The position numbers were made by a program, and so were the translations under genes. From NCBI GenBank assembly GCA_947449005.1, contig CANFPP010000002.1:30781-94780 (forward strand): DNA of 64,000 nt, read 5' to 3'. Under the pieces are notes generated by a model. The model was not told where the DNA came from and made no database searches. It was given only the letters and a program-made list of their open reading frames with translations. Below, one piece after another: positions 27,044 to 36,034 of the stretch; the stretch's first letter is position 1, and each line of letters begins with the position of its first letter. This DNA comes from Holosporales bacterium (lineage in GTDB: Bacteria > Pseudomonadota > Alphaproteobacteria > Paracaedibacterales > CANFPP01).

Positions 27044-28489
27044 ATGAAAAATTCTGTGTTCGCAATAAAAACTATATTTTCTACTCTTCTTGTTTTGTCT
27101 CTTTCAGGCTGTGTAACCCCACCTGATTTGGGCGAAGTTCCACAGCCTCGCTCTGATCTTTTCTCGAGCAAAAATCAAGGTCTAAACCCTGCAATTTACC
27201 CAGAGCAGGACTGGTGGAAGATTTATAAAGACCCTCAATTAGATGCGTTGATTCAAGAGGGATTATTACGTTCACCTAATATTGCAGAAGCCAGTGCACG
27301 CCTGTTAAAAGCAGATGCTTTAATTGAACAAGCAGATGCATCTTTACTCCCGTCAGTCGGTGCAGATGCTTCTATTCAGAAGTATCGCCAAAGCTACAAC
27401 AATGGTGTTCCTGCTGCTTTTGTTCCCAAAGGATTTCAGAATACGGCAATCGCGACTTTGAATGTCAGCTATGATGTCGATTTTTGGGGTAAGAACAGAG
27501 CAGTTCTTGCAACTGTTTTATCAGAAAGAGAAGCTGCCAGACTTGAAACTGAACAGGCAAAAATGATTCTGAGTACATCAGTTGCTGCAATGTATGCAAA
27601 ACTTGCGCAATTTTATGCCGAACTAGATGAGGCAAAAGGTTCGGTAATTGTTCGTTTAAAGACAGTTCAACTCTTTGAAAAACGTTATAAAAACGGCCTT
27701 GAGAATGAAGGTGGTGTTGATCAAGCCAAAGCGAGTCATGCCTCAGCCGAAGCTGACGTGGCGGCGGTTGAAGAATCAATTGGCTTAATCAGAAATGGAA
27801 TAGCGGCACTTATTGGCGCAACCCCATCTCGTGCTATGACGATTGAGCGTCCTCGTTTATCTAATATGTATTCTTTTGGTGCTCCAGCTGTATTGCCAGC
27901 AGATTTGATAAGTCGACGTCCTGACCTGATTGCATCACGCCTTAAGCTTGAAGCTACAGCGCATCGTATAAACGTTGCCCGGAGCGGTTTTTATCCTAAC
28001 ATCAACTTTGCAGCTTCTCTTGGGCATCAATCCTTAGGACTTGATCATTTTTTCAAAAGCGGTTCTTTGATTGGGTCTATTGGGCCTGCAATTCATTTAC
28101 CCATCTTTGATGGTAAGCGTATTGAAGGTCAATATCGTGATGCTAGAGCTGATTACGAAGTAAGTCTTGCTCAGTATGAGTCTGTCATTATTCAAGCAAT
28201 GCGTGAAGTTGCGGATGCGCTTGTGAGCAAAAAAGCATTGGCACATCGTGCGCAAAAATCACAAGCTGCATTAACGGCAGCAGAGCGAGCTTATAAAGCC
28301 ATAAAAAATCGTTATGAAGGTGGTCTTGCAACATACCTCGAAGTTTTACGCGCTGAAGATACGTTGATATCAAATCGTCGAATTATGGCTAATCTTCGCA
28401 CCAGATCTTTTACGCTTGATGTTGCACTCGTGAAGTCGCTTGGTGGCGGATTTCAGCCAACCCCAGAAGGAACAAAAACAGCATCATGA
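27044..28489 (+). CDS. Efflux outer-membrane factor lipoprotein (NodT family)
   Basis: Lipobox LSLSGCV, DWWKIYKDPQLDALI, and two OEP repeats ending with KSLGGG. Confidence 0.9.
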   Translation: MKNSVFAIKTIFSTLLVLSLSGCVTPPDLGEVPQPRSDLFSSKNQGLNPAIYPEQDWWKIYKDPQLDALIQEGLLRSPNIAEASARLLKADALIEQADASLLPSVGADASIQKYRQSYNNGVPAAFVPKGFQNTAIATLNVSYDVDFWGKNRAVLATVLSEREAARLETEQAKMILSTSVAAMYAKLAQFYAELDEAKGSVIVRLKTVQLFEKRYKNGLENEGGVDQAKASHASAEADVAAVEESIGLIRNGIAALIGATPSRAMTIERPRLSNMYSFGAPAVLPADLISRRPDLIASRLKLEATAHRINVARSGFYPNINFAASLGHQSLGLDHFFKSGSLIGSIGPAIHLPIFDGKRIEGQYRDARADYEVSLAQYESVIIQAMREVADALVSKKALAHRAQKSQAALTAAERAYKAIKNRYEGGLATYLEVLRAEDTLISNRRIMANLRTRSFTLDVALVKSLGGGFQPTPEGTKTAS

Positions 28490-29382
28490 CAGTAAAGCCA
28501 AATGGAATTAAGAACAAACGGAATCATTTATTCTTGCTATTAGCATTAGGTGTTATTGCCCTGGCTTCCGCTTATTCAGTTTATTATTATTTCATTGGCT
28601 CTCGGCATATCTCAACGGACAATGCTTATGTTGGTGCAGAGATTGCTCAAATAACATCACTAACGGGCGGTACCATAAAAACAATTCATTACAATGATAC
28701 GGACACCGTTAAGGTTGATGATATTTTAGTGGTTATTGATGATGCTGATACAAAGCTTGCCTTGGCCCGTGCTGAGGCAGAGCTTGCAAAAGCTAATGTT
28801 GAGCTTGATCGCACAAAACTAGATTATGAACGTCGTAAAGCTCTCTCAAAATCAGGTTCTGTTTCAGGGGAAGAAGTTAGTAATTCCGAAAATGCTTATA
28901 AAGCTGCGCAAGCGGTCTTTAATGTTGCGCATGTTGTAAAAGAACAGGCAACCCTTGATCTTAATCGTACAGTTATTCGCTCTCCTGTTGAGGGTGTTGT
29001 TGCAAAGCGACAAGTTCAATTGGGCCAGCGTGTTCAACAAGGCACTCCCTTAATGTTTGTGGTCCCAATGTTGGCTCTTCATGTCGATGCAAACTTTAAA
29101 GAAGTACAACTTAGAAAAGTAAAAATTGGACAGCAAGTTGAATTGATCTCTGATTTTTATGGAAATTCAGTTGTGTATCACGGAAAAATTTCTGGAATTG
29201 CAGGGGGGACAGGATCTGCCTTTGCCTTGATTCCAGCTCAAAATGCGACAGGAAATTGGATTAAAGTTGTGCAACGGCTCCCGGTTCGAATACAGCTTGA
29301 TCCGGAAGAGTTAAAGAAACATCCCTTGAAAGTCGGTCTTTCAATGCAAGCCGATATTGATATCTCAGATGATAAAAAATGA
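28486..29382 (+). CDS. HlyD/EmrA-family periplasmic adaptor (short form)
   Basis: N-terminal TM segment, STDNAYV, a coiled coil, IRSPVEGVVAKRQVQLGQ and NATGNWIKVVQRLPVRI. Confidence 0.85.
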   Translation: MTVKPNGIKNKRNHLFLLLALGVIALASAYSVYYYFIGSRHISTDNAYVGAEIAQITSLTGGTIKTIHYNDTDTVKVDDILVVIDDADTKLALARAEAELAKANVELDRTKLDYERRKALSKSGSVSGEEVSNSENAYKAAQAVFNVAHVVKEQATLDLNRTVIRSPVEGVVAKRQVQLGQRVQQGTPLMFVVPMLALHVDANFKEVQLRKVKIGQQVELISDFYGNSVVYHGKISGIAGGTGSAFALIPAQNATGNWIKVVQRLPVRIQLDPEELKKHPLKVGLSMQADIDISDDKK

Positions 29383-30908
29383 GCAAAGGCTTAAACCCAC
29401 CCTCGCTCCAAGGAAATGACTTAATTATTGCAGCAATGCTTTTAGCTGTTGCTAACTTTATTGTTGTTCTAGATATCACTATTGCTAATGTCTCTGTTTC
29501 CCATATCGCGGGCGGTCTTGCTATTTCTCCGACTGAAGGAACGTATGTAATTACGTCCTATGCAGTGGCGGAGGCTATCACAGTTCCTTTGACAGGCTGG
29601 CTTGCCAAGCGATTTGGAACTGTTCGAGTCTTTACAACGTGTATAATGTTATTTGGATTGTTTTCAGGCCTATGTGGGTTTGCTAACAGTATTGGCATGC
29701 TTGTTCTTGGACGTGTTTGCCAGGGTTTAGTTGGTGGTCCATTGATTCCTTTGTCGCAAACGTTATTAATGCAAATTTTCCCAAAAGAAAAACAAGGGGC
29801 TGCTATTGGTTTGTGGAGTATGACGACACTTGTGGCACCAATTCTAGGGCCTATTGTTGGTGGATATATTTGCGATAATTGGGGGTGGCAATTCATATTT
29901 TATATTAACATCCCCATAGCAGTCATATGCAGCATTGCGGCCTTGAGGCTCCTACGCCCTTATGAAACATCTACATTTAAAGAAAAAATAGATATTGTTG
30001 GTCTAATGCTGCTTATTTTATGTGTTTCATCTTTGCAGATAATGTTAGACGAAGGTAAAAACTATGATTGGTTTGAATCCAATCTCGTTTGTTGTCTTTG
30101 TATTGTTTCTATCATTTCCTTTATATCTTTCCTCATTTGGGAATTGACCTATGATAAGCCAATTGTGAACCTGCGTGTGTTTAGGCATCGTGGATATTCT
30201 ATGAGTGTTCTGACCATCAGCCTTTCTTTTGGTGCTTTCTTTGGTTCGGTTGTTTTAACGCCTCTTTGGCTCCAACTCTACATGGGATATACGGCGACAT
30301 GGTCTGGGCTTGCGACAGCTGCAACCGGTATTTTAGCTGTTGTTGCCGCACCTTTTGCTGCTAAATTTTCGCAGAAATATGATCCGAGAATGCTCGTTTT
30401 CTTGGGGGTTTTGTGGCTCGGTATTTTGACATTTGAACGTTCATTTAGCTCAACAGATAATACGTTTTTTCAGATTTTCCTGCCTATGCTGATTCAGGGG
30501 ATCGGCATGCCTTTCTTCTTTATTCCCCTAACAGGTCTAGCACTTGCAAGCGTTAACCCTGATGAAACAGCTTCTGCCGCAGGTTTGATGAGCTTTCTTC
30601 GAACATCATCTGGCGCCTTTGCAACTTCTATTGTTACAACATCATGGGAAAATCAAACCACTGTTTTCAGAGGTGATCTAGTCGAGCGTGCTGTATCACC
30701 TGAACACGTTAGTGCGATGTTGGGAGGAGGCGAAGTTTCAACCCAAATTTCCACATACATTATTGACCAAACCATACAGTCTCAGGCCATAATGCTCGCA
30801 ACCAATCATATTTTTCAAATTGTAGCCTTCACCTTCACATTTGCTGCTTGCGCTATTTGGCTTGCCCCTAAACCAACTCACAAGGCGAATACTGCTGGCG
30901 CACATTAA
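29379..30908 (+). CDS. DHA2-family MFS efflux permease (EmrB/QacA-like, 14 TMS)
   Basis: LDITIANVSVSHIAG, GWLAKRFG and GRVCQGLVGGPL. It is translationally coupled to the adaptor gene. Confidence 0.9.
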   Translation: MSKGLNPPSLQGNDLIIAAMLLAVANFIVVLDITIANVSVSHIAGGLAISPTEGTYVITSYAVAEAITVPLTGWLAKRFGTVRVFTTCIMLFGLFSGLCGFANSIGMLVLGRVCQGLVGGPLIPLSQTLLMQIFPKEKQGAAIGLWSMTTLVAPILGPIVGGYICDNWGWQFIFYINIPIAVICSIAALRLLRPYETSTFKEKIDIVGLMLLILCVSSLQIMLDEGKNYDWFESNLVCCLCIVSIISFISFLIWELTYDKPIVNLRVFRHRGYSMSVLTISLSFGAFFGSVVLTPLWLQLYMGYTATWSGLATAATGILAVVAAPFAAKFSQKYDPRMLVFLGVLWLGILTFERSFSSTDNTFFQIFLPMLIQGIGMPFFFIPLTGLALASVNPDETASAAGLMSFLRTSSGAFATSIVTTSWENQTTVFRGDLVERAVSPEHVSAMLGGGEVSTQISTYIIDQTIQSQAIMLATNHIFQIVAFTFTFAACAIWLAPKPTHKANTAGAH

Positions 30909-31040
30909 AATCACAATTTGGGATTAAAGCGATAAAAAAGCCAGAAGTTTTGCCAACTATGTTTTTTGAGATTTCTCACACATTGCTACCTTCGCTCTCT
31001 CAGGTCATTTCAGCTCTCATAGGTGCCATTCTTGCTAGTG

Positions 31041-31069
31041 GCATCCCCGGGCTCGACCCGGGGATCTCC
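31041..31069 (+). repeat. E-hairpin element
   Basis: gcATCCCCGGGctcgaCCCGGGGATctcc is a 9-bp stem with the same architecture as the copies at 56893, 57325 and 58016(rc). Confidence 0.7.
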
Positions 31070-31146
31070 AAAATAATCAAAAACCTCTTTCTAAACCTGA
31101 GCTAAGATACCTTTTGTTAAAGGCATCTGTTTTTTAGAAAAACTGA

Positions 31147-32139
31147 TTAAGAGTAAATAACTCTCATAATGTTTGCAAAACGCCTGATCTCGTTTAGAAA
31201 CTCTTCTTCAGTTTGAAGTTTGCTCATCGTGACATCATTAATCGTTAAGCTGATTCCACTGCTCATACTTCCCCAGCTTACTCCTCTGTCACTTCTTGAT
31301 ATCATGCCTTTATCTGTTATAACTTGCATAGGTCGACAAGTGGTGGACTGAGTAGAAGCTTGTCTTGCAACAAGAGGTTGCCTTAGTGAATACAATTTAG
31401 GATCTGGCGTACAATTTTCTAAAACAAGCTGACGGAATTCTGCAGCTGTTGTTTCTGTTGCTGGCTCTTTAAAGCCAAAATATCCATTAGGAATGCGATA
31501 GCCCAAATGTGAAAATGTTGTTTTTGCAACGCGATCAAAACTTAATGTTAAAATAGAAGAAAATTCCTTAACTTCTTGTTGCCACTGCTCTATTGAGAAA
31601 TGCTTAAGATTTTTAGAAAATAAAGCCGTGCTAATATATTCATTGTTGAAATGCTGCTGCGTGATTTCTCTCAAATCCTCAAATGATCCATAACGTAAGA
31701 TATGTGTTGCTGTTATGATTTTTTGTACTTCAGTAAGATGTGTTTTGGTCACTTGATCTTCTGTTTTAATCCCTGCTGCTCTTCGTATATTAATAATAGG
31801 TAAATAGCTTTGTGGGTTGCCCACTTCATGCAAAATTGTTGCAAAAATTAAGGTGGCCACCATAACTTCTCTCTCTGCCGGTGTCGCTAGAGTTTTGCGA
31901 AAACCATTTTTCCCGCCTGTTGCCATAAACCATAAAATAGCTGATTTTTTATGCTCTAGTCGTTGAGGTGTATCTATTTCCAATTTGGTTGACAGACTCA
32001 TAACATGTTCGACAACACTTCTCACTTTTCCACTTTGTGCTGATGTTTGGTACTCTTGCCAAAATTCATCGGGAGAACCCGCTATGGCAGAGCTAAACTG
32101 CACTATAATTAGTAATAAACTGATACGTAAAAATAACAT
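31147..32139 (-). CDS. Secreted protein of unknown function, paralog family member 2
   Basis: Signal-like N-terminus MLFLRISLLLIIVQFSSAIAG. It is collinear with members 1 and 3 over about 250 aa (KKSAILWFMATGGKNGF, LIFATILHEV, THLTEVQKIITATHIL, FNNEY, FGFKEPATETTAAEFRQLVLENC). Confidence 0.65.
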   Translation of the reverse strand: MLFLRISLLLIIVQFSSAIAGSPDEFWQEYQTSAQSGKVRSVVEHVMSLSTKLEIDTPQRLEHKKSAILWFMATGGKNGFRKTLATPAEREVMVATLIFATILHEVGNPQSYLPIINIRRAAGIKTEDQVTKTHLTEVQKIITATHILRYGSFEDLREITQQHFNNEYISTALFSKNLKHFSIEQWQQEVKEFSSILTLSFDRVAKTTFSHLGYRIPNGYFGFKEPATETTAAEFRQLVLENCTPDPKLYSLRQPLVARQASTQSTTCRPMQVITDKGMISRSDRGVSWGSMSSGISLTINDVTMSKLQTEEEFLNEIRRFANIMRVIYS

Positions 32140-32310
32140 TTCATTTCCTCATTTTATATTTAAATTGTACATCATGAGGCATAAATATACACATTAAATA
32201 TTAAAATCAAGATATTTTTTGTATATTAAGAAATTGAGGTGAGGGCTCTGTTTCATCAGAATATGGTGAGCTAAGTTTTTTATATGCAGATCCCTAAATA
32301 AATATTTTTT

Positions 32311-32411
32311 AAAAATAAGGGATTTATATAATTCTAATATATTAATCCCTTATTTTTATAATTTGACAAATAAGGGATTAATATGACATGTTTATACAAA
32401 TCCCTTATTTG
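32311..32411. promoter_or_regulatory. Two tandem palindromes (13-14-bp perfect arms, 19-bp spacers) in the divergent region between paralog 2 and the ATPase gene. Candidate operator sites.
   Basis: aaaaataagggatt(32311..32324)-N19-aatcccttattttt(32344..32357), then caaataagggatt(32367..32379)-N19-aatcccttatttg(32399..32411). Confidence 0.5.
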
Positions 32412-32423
32412 ATGAAAAGTGAT

Positions 32424-33890
32424 ATGGAAACTAAAGAAATAATAGGTCGGGACAAAGAAAAGGAAAAACTTCAAAAGGCTTTTTTCTCTAAAGAATCTGA
32501 ATTTATTGCAGTTTATGGCCGTCGTCGTATTGGAAAAACTTTCTTGATTCGTCATTTTTTTTCCAAACAAAAAGGAGTTTTTTTTCAAGTTTCGGGTATT
32601 CACTATGCTGATTTAAAGGTTCAACTGAAAGAATTTAAAAAAGAAATAGAACGTGCATTTTACAATGAAAAGGTTGAGTTAAAAGCTCCTGATACGTGGA
32701 TGGAGGCTTTTGAAATGCTTACAAACTCAATAAGCATGTCAGATAAGAATAAAAAAATTGTTTTGTTTTTAGATGAATTTCCTTGGATGGCAACTAGAAA
32801 ATCTGGATTACTCCAAGCTTTAGACTATTTTTGGAATCGTTTTTGGGTTGATCTGACTAATGTTAAATTGATTATTTGTGGATCAGCCGCTTCATGGATT
32901 ATTAAAAATATTCTGAATAATAAAGGCGGTCTTCATAACCGAGTGACTCTAAAGCTAAACTTAGAGCCATTCTCTTTACATGAAACAAAATTGTACCTAA
33001 AGTATTTGGGGGTTAAGTTAGATAATTATCAAATTTTAACGCTTTATATGTGTATTGGCGGTGTTCCCTTTTATTTAAAATCTATCGAAAAAGGCTTGTC
33101 TGCTGTTCAAAACATCAATCACTTATGTTTTAAAAAAGATGGTCTTCTTGCTACTGAGTTTAAAGAATTATTTACGTCTCTCTTTGAGGAAAGGGGGCAA
33201 CACGAAACTCTGATCAAGTTGATTGCCTCTAAAAGAAATGGGATAAGTCGAGTAGAGCTCGAAAAGCATATACAACATAAAGGTGGAACATTAACATCTT
33301 GGCTAAAAGAGTTAGAAACCGCTGGTTTTATCTCTTCTTTTCTCTCATTTGGTAAAGAGAGAGGAACTTATTATAAAATCATAGATGAATATACGTTGTT
33401 TTATTTAACGTGGGTGCATCCAAATTCTCAAAGCCGTCTGCAAAAAGAAATAACATCTCATTATTGGGAAATAATTTCTCAAACCCCTGCTTGGAAAGCT
33501 TGGTCAGGATATGCTTTTGAATCAATTTGTTATAAACACATAAATAACATACAGAAAGCTCTTAATGTTCCTGAAGGATCGAGTGCAACGACATGGAGAT
33601 ATGTTCCCCCTAAAAAAATAGAAGAGGAGGGCGCGCAGATAGATCTTTTGTTTGACCGACCAGACAGTAGTATTACCTTGTGTGAAATAAAGTACTCTAG
33701 TGATCATTTTGTCGTAGACAAAGCAGAAGCAAAAGAACTTCTAAGAAAAAAAAGTGTTTATCAAAAAATCATGAAAACAAAAAAACACATTTTTGTCTCT
33801 ATGATTACTGCCTCTCGTCTAAAAAAGAATATGTATTCAGAAGAACTTATTGACTCTGAAGCTACGTTAGATGATCTGTTTAATTGTTAA
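32424..33890 (+). CDS. AAA-type ATPase of the archaeal-ATPase/DUF234 family
   Basis: GRDKEKEKLQKAFFSKESEFIAVYGRRRIGKTFLIRHFF (Walker A), VLFLDEFPWM (Walker B), and a C-terminal DUF234-like region (WRYVP...IDLLFDR...LCEIKYS). The start is uncertain between 32388, 32412 and 32424. Confidence 0.8.
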   Translation: METKEIIGRDKEKEKLQKAFFSKESEFIAVYGRRRIGKTFLIRHFFSKQKGVFFQVSGIHYADLKVQLKEFKKEIERAFYNEKVELKAPDTWMEAFEMLTNSISMSDKNKKIVLFLDEFPWMATRKSGLLQALDYFWNRFWVDLTNVKLIICGSAASWIIKNILNNKGGLHNRVTLKLNLEPFSLHETKLYLKYLGVKLDNYQILTLYMCIGGVPFYLKSIEKGLSAVQNINHLCFKKDGLLATEFKELFTSLFEERGQHETLIKLIASKRNGISRVELEKHIQHKGGTLTSWLKELETAGFISSFLSFGKERGTYYKIIDEYTLFYLTWVHPNSQSRLQKEITSHYWEIISQTPAWKAWSGYAFESICYKHINNIQKALNVPEGSSATTWRYVPPKKIEEEGAQIDLLFDRPDSSITLCEIKYSSDHFVVDKAEAKELLRKKSVYQKIMKTKKHIFVSMITASRLKKNMYSEELIDSEATLDDLFNC

Positions 33891-33932
33891 AAAAGCAACG
33901 AAATAGTTATTAGTTCGATGAAAGAATATATA

Positions 33933-35015
33933 TTACCGAACTTGCACGAACCGAGAAGCAAAAAAACTTCCAGAAACAGAAGAATAACCTCCTCCAGGGG
34001 CTAGAGTATGTTTTAATTGCAGAAGCTCCTGCGATAAATTTAAAAAATATGGAACACTAAATTTAGCTAGCAAACTATTATTTCCCTGTTCTGTTGGTAT
34101 GGAGTGTTTCCATGATATTTTTTCTGAACCATTAACAGTAGTCGTTGTTTTTTCGTACTTTGGGCGAAACACTAATTTGGGAGGAGTAGTCCTCTTATTA
34201 GAAAAACCATTTTGTTCAAAAGATTCAAATCCTTGTATACAATTTTCTGCAATGAACTTACGAAACTCTGCAGCACTTGCTTCCGTTGCTGGTTCCTTAA
34301 AACCAAAAAATGAAGAAAGTAATTTATCTTTATTGAAAACTCGTTTTTCTCTTTGATCTAAACCGAGTACAAAGATATCTGAAAATTCTTGAGCTTCTTG
34401 CGTATATTGAGGAGGCGTAATTGATTTAAGGTTTTTGAGGTGTAAAACTGTTGGTAAATATTCTTTGTTAAAAAGTTCTTTTACATAATCCCCTAGGGTT
34501 TTTGGGGCGTATGATAGTAATAGACCGCAGACATTTGAGCCATGAAACATAATACGGGTAGCAGTTAGTATTTTTTGAACTAGTAACAAGTGTGTTTTTA
34601 CTTCAGTGTTTCCTGTATTTGTATCAATGGATAAAAGGTCAGTGTGATGTCTATCTTCATGCAAAATCGCTATAAAAATTAAGGCATCTACCATAATACC
34701 CAATTCTTCTTGTGTAGCGGGCTGCTGGCGAAAACCATATTTTCCACCTGTTGTCATAAACCACAAAATAGCTGCTTTTTTGTATTTCATTTGTTCTGAC
34801 AGTTTTTGTCTATATTCAGGTAATTCGGAAGTCTTAATTTGATCAAAATCATCTGTATTTGGCTGTGTTGCTAGACCATGAACATATTCTACAACATTTG
34901 AAACTACCTTGTTTTTCTTTGCTGTTTCGAAGTCGCTCCAAAAAATTTCTGGAGTTTCCGCTATAACTGAACTGAACGAAAGAATAACTAATAAACTGAT
35001 GCGAAAAACTAACAT
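33933..35015 (-). CDS. Secreted protein of unknown function, paralog family member 3
   Basis: MLVFRISLLVILSFSSVIAETPEIFW..., KKAAILWFMTTGGKYGF, LIFIAILHED, THLLLVQKILTATRIM, FNKEY, FGFKEPATEASAAEFRKFIAENC. It starts 50 bp downstream of the ftsQ stop on the same strand. Confidence 0.65.
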   Translation of the reverse strand: MLVFRISLLVILSFSSVIAETPEIFWSDFETAKKNKVVSNVVEYVHGLATQPNTDDFDQIKTSELPEYRQKLSEQMKYKKAAILWFMTTGGKYGFRQQPATQEELGIMVDALIFIAILHEDRHHTDLLSIDTNTGNTEVKTHLLLVQKILTATRIMFHGSNVCGLLLSYAPKTLGDYVKELFNKEYLPTVLHLKNLKSITPPQYTQEAQEFSDIFVLGLDQREKRVFNKDKLLSSFFGFKEPATEASAAEFRKFIAENCIQGFESFEQNGFSNKRTTPPKLVFRPKYEKTTTTVNGSEKISWKHSIPTEQGNNSLLAKFSVPYFLNLSQELLQLKHTLAPGGGYSSVSGSFFASRFVQVR

Positions 35016-35065
35016 CTCATGTCCTCTGTTGTTGTAAAAATAAATAATCGCACCATATAAGCTCT

Positions 35066-36034
35066 CTAAGTCTCTTTTCCTTTAATCTTCGCTCTGACTG
35101 CAGCTTCCGGAGAAAGCTTGAGGATGGTTTGTTTTGGAATACGCAAATCTACAACAGAAACATCGCCGGCAATTAGTTTGTTTTTTTCTATCAGAAAAGA
35201 TAGGCGCACAAGGGCGGCTTCTGGTTTATTTTCTGGAAGTTTGACTTGGATGTTACCTTCTAGATTTAAATCCCAACGTCGTTGACGAATCCAAACCATA
35301 GTCTTTAATTTCTTGCGAATTACAGGAAACTTTTCCAAGATTTTTATCATCACTGAGACATGCGCAGGTGCATTATCACCCGCAACAATTGGCAGGCGTT
35401 TGAAAAAATCAGCACTGGGATTTGAGATAACCACACCTTCATCATCTACTAAATAATAGTTCTTTTGGTGTTGCCATAAAGCAATAGGATTCCGCTCAGC
35501 CAATGAAATATACAAGATATTGGGAAGTTGTCTTTTTACCGTGGCTGAACGTACCCAATCAATTTTTTGTAAACGATTTTTAATTTCATCCAGATTGTGT
35601 ATCAGGATAGGCTCACCCCGATTAGCTGCTACGGCGCTCAAGATTTGTTGTGAAGAAGATTGATGACGTCCTTCAACCATAATCTCATCAACTCTAAGTC
35701 CAAGTTTTCCGGAGAATTCAATCCCTTTCTGCGACAGTGCGTCACTTACTTTTTGAGGATAGCCAGACCACCATAAAGCACTAAGAATTATAACAATTAT
35801 AAGAAGAGGGCTAAAAGATTGAAGCACCTTAACGTATGAGAGATTTGATGAACGAATAGGTTGCCGGCTGCGAGTAGATGTGCTTTTTCTAAGAAGTTTA
35901 TTAAATGCTAATCGCTTATGCACAAAGTCCCACAGGCGATTATTATTCCGTTTTAAAACAAACTTCTTCGTCGTCTTTGTCGCAAGACGTCGTGTCGGCA
36001 TTCCTTTGGCTTTATTTTTATTTACAAACCACAT
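35066..36034 (-). CDS. ftsQ: Cell division protein FtsQ
   Basis: Basic N-terminus, one TM segment, a POTRA-like region (LRVDEIMVEGRHQSSSQQI) and its position after ddl. Confidence 0.85.
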   Translation of the reverse strand: MWFVNKNKAKGMPTRRLATKTTKKFVLKRNNNRLWDFVHKRLAFNKLLRKSTSTRSRQPIRSSNLSYVKVLQSFSPLLIIVIILSALWWSGYPQKVSDALSQKGIEFSGKLGLRVDEIMVEGRHQSSSQQILSAVAANRGEPILIHNLDEIKNRLQKIDWVRSATVKRQLPNILYISLAERNPIALWQHQKNYYLVDDEGVVISNPSADFFKRLPIVAGDNAPAHVSVMIKILEKFPVIRKKLKTMVWIRQRRWDLNLEGNIQVKLPENKPEAALVRLSFLIEKNKLIAGDVSVVDLRIPKQTILKLSPEAAVRAKIKGKET

